Of a stretch of 64,000 nt of DNA, positions 21,873-31,240 are shown in pieces. The stretch comes from an uncultured Actinomycetes bacterium (GTDB lineage: Bacteria; Actinomycetota; UBA4738; HRBIN12). Within the stretch, counting starts at the first letter, position 1; every line of letters begins with the position of its first letter. The stretch covers positions 32,001 to 96,000 of the forward strand of contig CAVPIB010000001.1 of NCBI GenBank assembly GCA_963704885.1, read 5' to 3'. The notes under the pieces are model-generated. The model worked only from the letters and a program-made list of their open reading frames with translations. It made no database searches and had not been told where the DNA came from. The position numbers and the translations under genes were made by a program.

Positions 21873-23246
21873 ATGAAGACGAGGCGAGCGACCAGGATCG
21901 GCGTCTTGTTGTTCGCGTTCTCTTTCGCGGTGATGGCCGATCCGGTGTCCTCGGTCGCCTATGCGATCGAAGCGGCGCTTCGCGCATTGAAGGGCAACCT
22001 GACCCTTCTCCTCCCGACCATGGTGCTCGTCCTCGCGATCATCTACCTGGTCAAGGTCAACTACGACCAGCTGATCCACCGGTTCCCCGAGGGCGGAGGC
22101 GCGGTGGCCGCGACCGGCGCGGCGTTCGGCGAGGGCTGGGCGTTCCTGCCGCTGGGAGCGCTGATCGTCGACTTCGTGCTCACGATCGCGATCAGCGTGG
22201 CGGCGGCCTCCTCGGCCGTCATCGCGTACTTCCCCTCGCTCCAGGGTGCGCGGACGATCATCGCGCTCGCCCTCCTCTGCTTCGTCGCTGGGCTGACGTG
22301 GTTCGGCCACATCGGACGGAGCGTGTTCGCGGCGATGACAGTGCTGTTCATCCTCGCCGTCGTACCGATCGTGCTGTTCGGGTACCTGGCGCCGCACTCG
22401 ATGGGCGATGCGCCTTTGCAAGGGACCGGCAGCGGGTCTTCCATCCTGCTCGTGCTCCTGGCCTTCCCGGTGGCGATGGCTCTGGCGACCGGGGTCGAGG
22501 CGCCCGCGTCCGCGATCGCGCAGCTGGGCCAGTTGGACGACGTGCAGAAGGAACGGTTCGGCCACCGGACCCTCTACCTGACGGTGCTGACCACCTCCGC
22601 CATAACGCTCGCGATCGCGGGCCTGGCCTTGAAGCTCCACGTCGGGGTACCGGCCGAGGGCAGCACCATGATCGCCGACGTAGCGAAGACGGCCACGGGC
22701 AACGGTGTCTTGTTCGCGTTCTTCCAGCTGACCAGCTCGCTGCTGCTGCTCGCGGCCGCCGCATCGTCCTTCCAGGCTGGTCCGGGCCTGCTGAAGGCGC
22801 TCGCCCGGCACACGCGGGACAACGGCGAGGAGGTCGGGATCCTGGCCCCTCCGCTAGGGCGGACGAACCGCCACCACACGCCCTACTGGAGCGTCACCGT
22901 CTACCTCGTGATCGCGGGGATCGTGGTCGTGGCCGCGGGGGGACGCGACCAGGAGCTCGTGCTCTTCTACGCCGTCGCGGTGTTCGTCAGCTTCCTGGCG
23001 GGGCTGCTGTCGATGGCGCGGTTCTCACACCAGGAGCGCGACCGCCTCCACGTGGTGATCAATATCATCGGCGCCGGCGTGGTGGCCTTCACGATCCTCG
23101 TGAACCTCCAGCGCGGGTACCCACTGGCCTCGCTCGCGGCGGGGCTGGCGATCTCTGGCGTGTTCTTCTGGCAGTGGGACCGCCTCGGCCGGCCGCGCGG
23201 GATCGCGATGGTCGAGATGCAGGCCGAGGCCGAGATCCAGGAGTAG
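21873..23246 (+). CDS. Second KimA-like APC-fold transporter, membrane domain only
   Basis: MADPVSSVAYAIEA, FPEGGG, IVDFVLT and TGVEA; AAGGAG RBS; no long cytosolic tail. Confidence 0.85.
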   Translation: MKTRRATRIGVLLFAFSFAVMADPVSSVAYAIEAALRALKGNLTLLLPTMVLVLAIIYLVKVNYDQLIHRFPEGGGAVAATGAAFGEGWAFLPLGALIVDFVLTIAISVAAASSAVIAYFPSLQGARTIIALALLCFVAGLTWFGHIGRSVFAAMTVLFILAVVPIVLFGYLAPHSMGDAPLQGTGSGSSILLVLLAFPVAMALATGVEAPASAIAQLGQLDDVQKERFGHRTLYLTVLTTSAITLAIAGLALKLHVGVPAEGSTMIADVAKTATGNGVLFAFFQLTSSLLLLAAAASSFQAGPGLLKALARHTRDNGEEVGILAPPLGRTNRHHTPYWSVTVYLVIAGIVVVAAGGRDQELVLFYAVAVFVSFLAGLLSMARFSHQERDRLHVVINIIGAGVVAFTILVNLQRGYPLASLAAGLAISGVFFWQWDRLGRPRGIAMVEMQAEAEIQE

Positions 23247-23256
23247 CGAGCCACAT

Positions 23257-23275
23257 CTAGTCCGTATCAGACTAG
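23257..23275. repeat. CTAG-ended mini-hairpin CTAGTCCGTATCAGACTAG (copy B), overlapping the nhaA stop
   Basis: Its reverse complement matches 6063-6080 at 16/18. Confidence 0.5.
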
Positions 23276-24634
23276 ACCTCGGCGGGCGTTCGTCTCTCCC
23301 GCCCAGCGGAACAGCATGTAGCCGATCGCGGCGGCAAGGATCGAGGCCACCAGGATCGCAACCTTCGCCTCTGCCAGGAGCGGCGACTGGCCGAACGCCA
23401 GATCGGCAACGAACAACGACACCGCGAATCCGATCCCTGCCGTGGTGGCGAGTCCGGCCAGCGCCCCCCACCCCACCCCTTCGGGCAACTTGCCCAAGCC
23501 GAGCTTGACGGCGGCTAGGCTCGCCAGCCAAACACCGAGGAACTTGCCGACCACGAGCCCCAGAACGATCCCCAGCGCGATACGGCTGCTCGCCGCCTCG
23601 CGCAACGCGGCCGCAGACAGCTCGACGCCGGCGTTCGACAGGGCGAACAGCGGCAGGATCAAGAAGCTCGACCACGGAAGGAGGAAGTGTTCGACCCGTG
23701 CGAGAGGCGACACAGCCTCCTTGGACAGTTGCGCGAGCCGCAGCCACCAGTGCGCGTCCGCGTCGGGGGGAGACGGGTCATCGACCGTTTCGTCCGCGGT
23801 TCGGTGCGCCTCCTCGCTCACGGCCTTCGGGCGCTGGAACGGCACGGCGGGCGCGAGCAGGCCGAGGATCACGCCGGCGATGGTTGGATGGATGCCGGAC
23901 CTCAGGATCGCGAACCAGAGCAGGACCCCGAGGATGACGTAGACAGTCGTCGCACGGACGTGGAGGTTGCCCAAGGCTGCGATCAACAGGACCAGCATCA
24001 CGGCGATCAGCAGCGAGACCGGTTTCACCCCGCCCGAATAGAACAGGGCGATGACCATGATCGCACCGATATCGTCCACGATCGCGAGGGTGAGCAGGAA
24101 CGGCTTGAGAGAAGGAGGCGCGAACCTGGCCGCAAGGGTAAGCGCGCCCAAGGCGAAGGCAACGTCGGTCGCCATAGGGACGCCCCACCCCTCGGCACCG
24201 GGCCCTCCCGCGTTGACAGCCAGGTACAGCAGCGCCGGCACGACCATCCCGCCCAGGGCCGCGATCATCGGCAGCGCGGCGGCCCGCCACTCTCGGAGCT
24301 CGCCGGTCGTCAATTCGCGCTTGATCTCAAGGCCCACGAGCAGGAAGAAGAAGGTCATGAGACCGTCGTTGACCCATCCGCGCAGATCCTCCACTACGAC
24401 CCATGACCCGATCCGAAGAGACGCCTCCGTGTGCCACAGCTGCGCGTAGCCCTCACGCCACGGGGAATTCGCCCAGACCAGGGCTACGACCACGGCCACG
24501 AGCATGAGGAGGCTGCCGGCCGTGGACGTCCGCATGAACTCCTGCAGCGGACGGAGAACCACTCGAGGAACGAGACGGTCGGAACTGGCGAACGGGGTGC
24601 GCAGCCCTTCGCTCGGGGGGCCGGTGTCGACCAT
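23267..24634 (-). CDS. nhaA: Na+/H+ antiporter NhaA
   Basis: WVNDGLMTFFFLLVGLEIKRE, GWGVPMATDVAF, LAIVDDIGA, SGIHPTIAG and LPLFALSNAG; ATG 24634 with a GAGGTG RBS. Confidence 0.96.
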   Translation of the reverse strand: MVDTGPPSEGLRTPFASSDRLVPRVVLRPLQEFMRTSTAGSLLMLVAVVVALVWANSPWREGYAQLWHTEASLRIGSWVVVEDLRGWVNDGLMTFFFLLVGLEIKRELTTGELREWRAAALPMIAALGGMVVPALLYLAVNAGGPGAEGWGVPMATDVAFALGALTLAARFAPPSLKPFLLTLAIVDDIGAIMVIALFYSGGVKPVSLLIAVMLVLLIAALGNLHVRATTVYVILGVLLWFAILRSGIHPTIAGVILGLLAPAVPFQRPKAVSEEAHRTADETVDDPSPPDADAHWWLRLAQLSKEAVSPLARVEHFLLPWSSFLILPLFALSNAGVELSAAALREAASSRIALGIVLGLVVGKFLGVWLASLAAVKLGLGKLPEGVGWGALAGLATTAGIGFAVSLFVADLAFGQSPLLAEAKVAILVASILAAAIGYMLFRWAGETNARRGLV

Positions 24635-24649
24635 GGTCACCTCACCCTT

Positions 24650-24676
24650 CTGCCGACCAGTCTTCCCGGCGCACCG
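24650..24676 (-). ncRNA. Candidate cis-regulatory RNA (copy 2) forming most of the short nhaA 5' UTR
   Basis: Minus strand reads TATCCT(-10)-N6-CGGTGCGCCGGGAAGACTGGTCGGCAG-AAGGGTGAGGTGACC-ATG. Confidence 0.6.
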
Positions 24677-24758
24677 GGCGACAGGATAGCCGTCGCCGCG
24701 GCCTCGGATGACCCGGATGGTTGTGGGACCCATGCCGCACCCGTAGGCTGTCGGCGTT

Positions 24759-25445
24759 TTGGCACAGGGCCGTCACGTTTCCTCATCCTCCCGCATCAAG
24801 CTCGCGATCCTCGCCATCGGCGGGGTCGTGGTCGTCGCCGCGGTGATCCTTGCCTTCGTACCCAACGGAGGCGGGGGTAGCGAGGGACCCTTCAAGCACG
24901 ATCCCGAGACCCCTCCGTTCGAGTTCGTGACGGCGAAGGTCCTCTCGGTCCCGACCAGTCCTGATGCCGATGAGGCCGCGTTGCAGACCAGAGCCGAGGC
25001 ACCGGCCGGCGAGGTCACCAAGGCCATGGACGCCTTGTACACCAGCGCATTCCTGGATCCGGTCAACTGGCAGGACGGCACCTACGACGACGTCTGGACC
25101 TTGTTCGATCCGGGATCGGGGACCGAGGCGCAGGCTCAGATCGAGGTCGTCACCGCGGGAACGGGCGCCGGCGCCGTCTTCGACTCGATCGTGCCGATAG
25201 GAGACTCGACCCTCAGCGCGAAGGTCCTGTTCGATCCCCAGGACGAGCCCTACTCCGTGATCGCGATCGTGAGGTTCAAGGCCAGGGGCAGCGGCCTGGA
25301 CGGCCAGGACGTCGAGATCATGAGCAGCGGGCAGTACGTGTTCCAGAGGGTCGATGGCTCGTGGAAGGTGGTCTCTTTCAAGGTGTTGCGAGACGACGAG
25401 ATGCGGGTGCGTCGCTCTCCGAGCCCGTCCGGGAGTTCGGTGTGA
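24759..25445 (+). CDS. Membrane-anchored exported hypothetical protein (start uncertain)
   Basis: One N-terminal TM helix, then an acidic extracellular domain; stop overlaps the LCP start (GTGA). Confidence 0.7.
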   Translation: MAQGRHVSSSSRIKLAILAIGGVVVVAAVILAFVPNGGGGSEGPFKHDPETPPFEFVTAKVLSVPTSPDADEAALQTRAEAPAGEVTKAMDALYTSAFLDPVNWQDGTYDDVWTLFDPGSGTEAQAQIEVVTAGTGAGAVFDSIVPIGDSTLSAKVLFDPQDEPYSVIAIVRFKARGSGLDGQDVEIMSSGQYVFQRVDGSWKVVSFKVLRDDEMRVRRSPSPSGSSV

Positions 25446-26392
25446 GCGTACGGCGACGAGCGATGATCGCCGTCTCCGTGCTGGTGGCGTGGGTGGCCGG
25501 TTCCGCCTTGGGTGCGCTCGGTGGCGTGGCCCCGGCCGCCGCTCAGACGGGGATCGTGATCGGCAAGGCTCACGCCGGATACGCGCCCTCGCTCACCGGC
25601 AGCGAACCGATCGTGCTCCTGGTGGTGGGCAGCGGCGCCCGCCTGGGCGACGACGTGACCCACTCGCTCGCCGATTCGATCCACGTGCTGACGATCAACC
25701 CCGACAACCACAAGGCGACGATCATCGGCATCCCGCGCGATTCTTGGGTCGAGATCCCGGGCTACGGCAGCAGCAAGATCAACGCGTCGATGGTGGACGG
25801 CGGTCCCGACGTGTTGATCCAGACGGTCGAGAGCCTGTCCGGCCTCACCATCGACTACTACGCGCTCACCACCTTCTGGGGCGTGTCTCAGCTATACGAC
25901 AACCTCGGCGGTCTAACGATGGACGTTCCGTTCGCCATGCAGGACTCGTACTCGGGTTCGGACTTCGAGCCGGGGGTGCAGACGCTCGACGGCAAGCAGG
26001 TGCTGGCGTTCACTCGCGACCGGCACAGCCTGTCGGGCGGGGACTTCGCGCGCTCGGAGAACGGCGGCCGAGTGCTGCTCGCGTCGCTCGCGGAGTTCCG
26101 CCGTGAGTTCCAAGTGGATCAGAGCGCGCTGTTCGCCTGGATCGCGTCGGGCATGCGCAACGTTGAGACGTCGGTGCCGTTCGACGAGGTCGTGGCGCTC
26201 GCCTACACGGCCTCGCACATCAACCCGAAGGGCGTGACCAACGTCGTGCTCCCCGGATCGACCGGGTTCCAAGGAACGCTCTCCGTAGTGTTCCTCTCCC
26301 AGGAGAAGGACGTGATCTTCGCCGACGTGAAGGGCGACGGACTCCTGTTGAGGAAGAACATCCCACCGAGCCCTACGGAGAACGAGAGCTAG
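25442..26392 (+). CDS. LCP (LytR-CpsA-Psr) family cell-envelope protein
   Basis: ADSIHV, IGIPRDSWV, KINAS, NLGG, AFTRDRH and GDFARSEN. Confidence 0.88.
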   Translation: MSVRRRAMIAVSVLVAWVAGSALGALGGVAPAAAQTGIVIGKAHAGYAPSLTGSEPIVLLVVGSGARLGDDVTHSLADSIHVLTINPDNHKATIIGIPRDSWVEIPGYGSSKINASMVDGGPDVLIQTVESLSGLTIDYYALTTFWGVSQLYDNLGGLTMDVPFAMQDSYSGSDFEPGVQTLDGKQVLAFTRDRHSLSGGDFARSENGGRVLLASLAEFRREFQVDQSALFAWIASGMRNVETSVPFDEVVALAYTASHINPKGVTNVVLPGSTGFQGTLSVVFLSQEKDVIFADVKGDGLLLRKNIPPSPTENES

Positions 26393-26473
26393 TCGCGCCT
26401 CAGGTCGATCCGCTCCGAGCCAAAGACGAGTCAGCCCAGGACTCAGCAACCGGCTGAGGAGTACGGTGACGTA

Positions 26474-27415
26474 GTGACGAACCCCATGTCCAAGCGGCTA
26501 CTTTGGGCCGGCCTCGCACTTGGGCTGATCGTGACTTACGGGGTGGTGGGTTACGTGGTGCTCGAGCGGTGGTCGTTCTTGGACGCGCTCTACATGACGA
26601 CGATCGCGCTAACGACGGTGGGGTTCGAGGAGGCAAGGCCGCTCGACGCGAGCGGCCGCATCTTCACGATCACGCTCGTCGTGCTGGGGGTGGGCCTTGC
26701 CCTGATCACGGTCACGTTGATCGCGGCCCTTATCGTCGAAGGTGAGCTGGGAGCCGGACGTAGGAGGAGGCGCATGGACCGAAGGATCGAGGAGCTCCGC
26801 GACCATTTCATCGTTTGCGCATACGGTCGCGTGGGTCGCGCCGCAGCTCGTGAGTTGGATGCGATGCACGTTCCGTTCATCGTGATCGAGCGGCTAGAAG
26901 ATCTTCGAGTAAGACTCGAAACCGACGGGGTCCTCTACATGATCGAAGACCCCAGCCTGGAGCCGGTGCTCCGCCGTGCGGGGGTCGACCGAGCACGCGG
27001 CCTCGTTTGTGCGGTGGACTCTGACGCGACGAACGTCTACATCACACTGATGGCTCGATCTCTGAACCCGGATCTCCTGATCGTCGCTCGGGCGAGCGAG
27101 CCGGGGTCACCAGAGCGCTTGCAGCGGGCGGGCGCGGAGCGCGTCGTCTCACCGTTCACGACCAGCGGCCGGCACATGGCGCGCATGGTCGTCGACCCCG
27201 GCCTGGTCGACGTACTCGAGCTTGGATCGCAGACACGATTCATAGACGTCGAAGAACGCGCCATCGAAAGGGGTTCGGATCTAGAGGGCCACACGGTCGC
27301 CGATGCACCGGGCCCCGTGCTCGCGATCCATCACGCGGACGGCGCCGTGACACCCATGCCCGAGCTAACGGCGACGCTCTCCAACGGAGACGTGATCCTG
27401 TTGCTACGAAGCTGA
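26474..27415 (+). CDS. 2-TM potassium channel with RCK (TrkA_N) domain
   Basis: DALYMTTIALTTVGFE pore/filter, IVCAYGRVG and DATNVYITL; TACGGT -10 six bases before the GTG. Confidence 0.9.
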   Translation: MTNPMSKRLLWAGLALGLIVTYGVVGYVVLERWSFLDALYMTTIALTTVGFEEARPLDASGRIFTITLVVLGVGLALITVTLIAALIVEGELGAGRRRRRMDRRIEELRDHFIVCAYGRVGRAAARELDAMHVPFIVIERLEDLRVRLETDGVLYMIEDPSLEPVLRRAGVDRARGLVCAVDSDATNVYITLMARSLNPDLLIVARASEPGSPERLQRAGAERVVSPFTTSGRHMARMVVDPGLVDVLELGSQTRFIDVEERAIERGSDLEGHTVADAPGPVLAIHHADGAVTPMPELTATLSNGDVILLLRS

Positions 27416-27455
27416 CGCCGTCGCATGGATAGTCCCACCTGCTCTGCTACGGTGA

Positions 27456-27556
27456 CCGGTCGAAGGGGAGTAGTCCGACAGAGGCCCGCCGTCAGCACGG
27501 TCGCGCGACGCGACCCGGCGACCTCCCGCGGCGGCGGGGACGAGACCTTCGGCCGG
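27456..27556 (+). ncRNA. yybP-ykoY (Mn2+-sensing) riboswitch
   Basis: AAGGGGAGTAG ... CGTCAGCAC ... CCGGCG ... ACGAGACCTT signature. An 11-bp P1 pairs 27456-27466 with 27546-27556; TGcTACGGT extended -10 just upstream. Confidence 0.9.
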
Positions 27557-27573
27557 AAGGCTGGAGGCTTGGG

Positions 27574-28926
27574 CTGAAGACGAGCGACGATCTCATCGAC
27601 GTCCATCCGCGTCGCCAGGTGCTGGTACTGGCAGCCGCGGTGGCGGTGACCGTTCCCGGACTGACGCTGGCCGTGTCTAACGCCTCACTCCCTCACCCGG
27701 TCCAGGCACTCGTCTTCGGGCTCGGCATCGTAGGCTCGGCGTTCATCCTGTCGTGGGCGGCTGAGGCGGCTCAGCTCGACGTCTCCGCGGGTCTGGCCAT
27801 AGCGATCCTGGCGCTGATCGCGGTGCTGCCGGAGTACGCCGTGGACTTCGTTTTCGCATGGCAGGGAGGGAAATCGTTCGAGGCGACCGGCCCCGCCTGT
27901 CTGCCGATCCAGGGAACGGGAACGGAATCTCCCTGCTCCTTGGCGCTCGCGAACATGACCGGGGCGAACCGTCTGTTGATCGGGATCGGTTGGACCATGG
28001 TCGTGTTCATCGCCTGGCACCGGCTCCGCAAGCGCGACGGTAAGGCCGCGACCAAGCGATGGGAGGGCGTCAGGCTCGACCGCGAACACTCGATCGAGTT
28101 GGCGTATCTGGCCGCTGCGACGATCTACTCGCTCACGCTCCCGCTGAAGCACTCGATCACCCCGTTGGACGCCGTCGTGTTGGTCACGATCTTCGTGCTG
28201 TACACGATCCGCGTGTCCCGCGCCCCCGCGGAAGAGCCGCACCTGGTAGGGCCCGCTCGCTACCTGGGGACGTTCTCCACCGTCGGCCGGCGCACCTCCC
28301 TCGTGGTGATGTTCCTGTTCGCCGGCGGCGTGATCCTCGCCTGCGCCGAACCGTTCGCCCATGCCCTGGTCGAGACCGGAGCCGACGTGGGGATCAGCGA
28401 GTTCTTCCTGGTCCAGTGGCTCGCCCCGTTGGCCTCGGAGGCGCCCGAGCTGCTGGTGGCCGGTCTGTACGCGTGGCGACTCAACACGAACGCGGGTCTG
28501 GGGACCCTCGTCTCGTCGAAGGTGAACCAATGGACCTTGCTGGTCGGAACACTCCCGATCGTGTTCTCGATCGCCGCGGGCGGGCTGCACGGGCTGCCGA
28601 TCGACGCGGTGCAGAGAGAGGAGCTGCTCCTCACCGCCGCGCAGTCGTTCTTCGCGGTCGCGGTCTTGTCGAACCTATCGATGTCGCTCAAGGAGGCCTG
28701 GCTCTTGTTCGGCCTCTTCTGGGCACAGTTCGTCCTTGGCGCGGTCGTCCCGGAGTCCCTCCACGGAGCGGAGCGGATAACCGTGTCCTTCGTCTACATG
28801 GTGCTCGGGCTCCGGATCTTCCTGGGGGACCGGCGGCGGATGCCTCGGTTGCTCCGGGACGGGTTCCGCGCGCCGTTCGCGGAGCTTGCGGCGGCCGACG
28901 ACCAGCCGGAGGACGCGCCCGGCTAG
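27574..28926 (+). CDS. Ca2+/cation antiporter (CaCA, Na_Ca_ex-like) family protein, probable Mn2+ exporter; start either CTG 27574 or GTG 27619
   Basis: Alpha-repeat-like AVLPEYAVD...ANMTGANR and APLASEAPE...SSKVNQWT; about 10-11 TM; lies behind the riboswitch. Confidence 0.8.
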   Translation: MKTSDDLIDVHPRRQVLVLAAAVAVTVPGLTLAVSNASLPHPVQALVFGLGIVGSAFILSWAAEAAQLDVSAGLAIAILALIAVLPEYAVDFVFAWQGGKSFEATGPACLPIQGTGTESPCSLALANMTGANRLLIGIGWTMVVFIAWHRLRKRDGKAATKRWEGVRLDREHSIELAYLAAATIYSLTLPLKHSITPLDAVVLVTIFVLYTIRVSRAPAEEPHLVGPARYLGTFSTVGRRTSLVVMFLFAGGVILACAEPFAHALVETGADVGISEFFLVQWLAPLASEAPELLVAGLYAWRLNTNAGLGTLVSSKVNQWTLLVGTLPIVFSIAAGGLHGLPIDAVQREELLLTAAQSFFAVAVLSNLSMSLKEAWLLFGLFWAQFVLGAVVPESLHGAERITVSFVYMVLGLRIFLGDRRRMPRLLRDGFRAPFAELAAADDQPEDAPG

Positions 28927-28936
28927 CATCGCGCCC

Positions 28937-31216
28937 GTGGATCCCCGAGAGTTCCTAGCCTCGATCACGGCCGACGAGGATGCCGCGCGCTCGCTCGTCC
29001 ACGTCCGCGAGTTGCCGGCCCGACGTCCTCAGATCTCGCCGTTCCCCAGCTGGATCCCGCCGCTCGTGCGAGATCGGGTGGAGATGGTGGGTGTACGCGG
29101 CCTCTATCCGCACCAGGCGGACGGCCTCGAGGTCCTGGCCGCCGACCGGAACCTGATCATGGCCACGGGCACCGCCAGCGGGAAGACGCTCGTGTACAAC
29201 CTGGCGTTCGCGGCCGAGGCCGTGGAACGTCCGACATCGACCGCGCTCTATCTGTTCCCCACGAAAGCGCTCGCGAGGGACCAGCTCCGGGCGGTGCGCG
29301 CTCTGAAGATCCCGCAGGTGAAGGCCGCGGTCTACGACGGCGACACCCCGCGAGCCGAACGTCCGCTGATACGCAAGAACGCGAACCTGGTCATGACCAA
29401 CCCCGACATGCTGCACCTGGCACTCCTGGCCGACCACGCCCGGTGGGCCGACTTCTTCTTCCGCCTGTCGCTCGTGGTGGTGGATGAGGCGCACGTGTGC
29501 CGCGGCGTGTTCGGCTCGCATGTCGCGATGGCTCTGCGACGACTCAGGCGCACGGTGGCTCACTACGGAGGATCCCCGCGGTGGATGCTCGCGAGCGCCA
29601 CGATCGGCAACCCGGCTGAGCTCGCCAACCGCTTGACCGGTCTCGAGTTCCGGGAGGTCACCGACGATGCCTCGCCGTCGGGTGAGAAGACGTTCGCGCT
29701 GTGGAATCCGCCGATCGTGGACGAGGACTCGGGCGCTCGTCGCAGCGCGCTCTCCGAGGCGTCGGGGATCATGTCGCGACTGGTCCAGGCCGGGGTCCGC
29801 ACGATCGGCTTCACCCGGTCCCGGCGCGGCGCGGAGCTGCTGGCGGAGTTCGCACGACGCGACGTGGGCGATGCACAGCTGCGCGAACAGATCAAGTCCT
29901 ACCGCGCCGGCTACCTCGCCGAGGACCGGCGCCGGATCGAGCGACAGCTCGCGGACGGCGAGCTGCTGGCCATCGCCTCCACCAGCGCGCTCGAGCTGGG
30001 CATCGACATCGGCTCGCTCGACGCCGCGGTGCTCACCGGCTACCCGGGCACGCGCGCGTCGATGTGGCAGCAGGCCGGGAGGGCGGGCCGGCGCGACACC
30101 GATTCGCTCGCCGTGTTGGTAGCCCAGGACGACCCGCTCGACCAGTACCTCGTGCATCACCCGGAGGATCTGTTCGACAAGCCGGCCGAGGCCGCGGTTA
30201 TCGATCCGACGAACCCCTACGTGTTGGAGCCGCACCTGCGGTGCGCGGCCCGTGAGATCCCGCTCCGGGACAGCGAGCTAGCGTTCTTCGGTGAGGCCGA
30301 GGACGTGACGGCCGCCGTGGAGCGGATGACGGATCGCGGAGAGCTGGTGCGGCGCAGGGAGTCCTGGCATGATCGCGGTCGGGACGATCCGCATCGCTCC
30401 GTCGACATCCGGGCCGGAGCGGGCCACATCTACTCGATCGTGATCGGCGACACCGGCGAGCTGCTCGGCACGGCAGACGAGCATCGCGCCTACAACACCC
30501 TGCACCCTGGTGCCGTCTACCTGCATCAAGGCGACCAGTACCTGGTGCGCGAACTGGACCTGGTCTCGCGTGTGGCGGTCGTGGACGAGGCCGACCCCGA
30601 CTTCTACACGCAGTCACGTGATATCACCGACATCGAGGTCGTCGACGTCTCCGAGGGCGGGACGACCGGCGACGCAGCGGCGCTCTTCGGCACCGTGCGC
30701 GTCACCAACCAGGTCGTGAGCTACGTGAAGAAGCTTGTGTCGACCAACGACGTGGTCGACGAGATCCCGCTCCCGCTCCCGCCCCAGCACCTGGAGACGA
30801 AGGCGGTGTGGTGGACGATCCCGCAGACGGTGATCGATCGCGCAGCGGTCTCGCACCGCGCACTCCCCGGCGCCGTCCACGCTGCTGAGCACGCCGCGAT
30901 CGGCTTGCTGCCGCTCGTGGCGACCTGCGACCGGTGGGACGTAGGTGGCGTGTCCACGCCTCTTCACCCCGATACCGGGTTGTGCACGATCTTCATCTAC
31001 GACGGATACCCGGGTGGGGCGGGGATCGCCGAGCGCGGGTTCCACACGGCGGAGCGGTGGCTCCTGGCAACACTGGAGGCGATCCGTCAGTGCCCGTGCT
31101 CCCGGGGATGCCCGTCGTGCGTGCAGTCACCGAAGTGCGGGAACGGCAACGAGCCACTCGACAAGCAAGGCGCCGCCGCCCTGCTGGCCGCCATCCTGGG
31201 CGAACGCTGGGGCTGA
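28937..31216 (+). CDS. DEAH-box helicase with DUF1998 (MrfA/Hrq1/SftH-like)
   Basis: TGTASGKT, VVDEAH, SATIGNP, ALELGIDIG, QQAGRAGR and CPCSRGCPSC. Confidence 0.94.
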   Translation: MDPREFLASITADEDAARSLVHVRELPARRPQISPFPSWIPPLVRDRVEMVGVRGLYPHQADGLEVLAADRNLIMATGTASGKTLVYNLAFAAEAVERPTSTALYLFPTKALARDQLRAVRALKIPQVKAAVYDGDTPRAERPLIRKNANLVMTNPDMLHLALLADHARWADFFFRLSLVVVDEAHVCRGVFGSHVAMALRRLRRTVAHYGGSPRWMLASATIGNPAELANRLTGLEFREVTDDASPSGEKTFALWNPPIVDEDSGARRSALSEASGIMSRLVQAGVRTIGFTRSRRGAELLAEFARRDVGDAQLREQIKSYRAGYLAEDRRRIERQLADGELLAIASTSALELGIDIGSLDAAVLTGYPGTRASMWQQAGRAGRRDTDSLAVLVAQDDPLDQYLVHHPEDLFDKPAEAAVIDPTNPYVLEPHLRCAAREIPLRDSELAFFGEAEDVTAAVERMTDRGELVRRRESWHDRGRDDPHRSVDIRAGAGHIYSIVIGDTGELLGTADEHRAYNTLHPGAVYLHQGDQYLVRELDLVSRVAVVDEADPDFYTQSRDITDIEVVDVSEGGTTGDAAALFGTVRVTNQVVSYVKKLVSTNDVVDEIPLPLPPQHLETKAVWWTIPQTVIDRAAVSHRALPGAVHAAEHAAIGLLPLVATCDRWDVGGVSTPLHPDTGLCTIFIYDGYPGGAGIAERGFHTAERWLLATLEAIRQCPCSRGCPSCVQSPKCGNGNEPLDKQGAAALLAAILGERWG

Positions 31217-31240
31217 GCCCGGCCCGTTCGCCGGATCCCG

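Noticed and set aside
26389-26473. CTAGTCGCG end (also at 18966) and CTCAGC/GCTGAG hairpin as a MITE
   Set aside because: The match is too short, with no convincing terminal inverted repeat or target duplication.
26608-26630. TVGFE selectivity filter as a novel channel type
   Set aside because: Variation at the last filter position is common in bacterial RCK-linked channels, so it is not distinctive alone.
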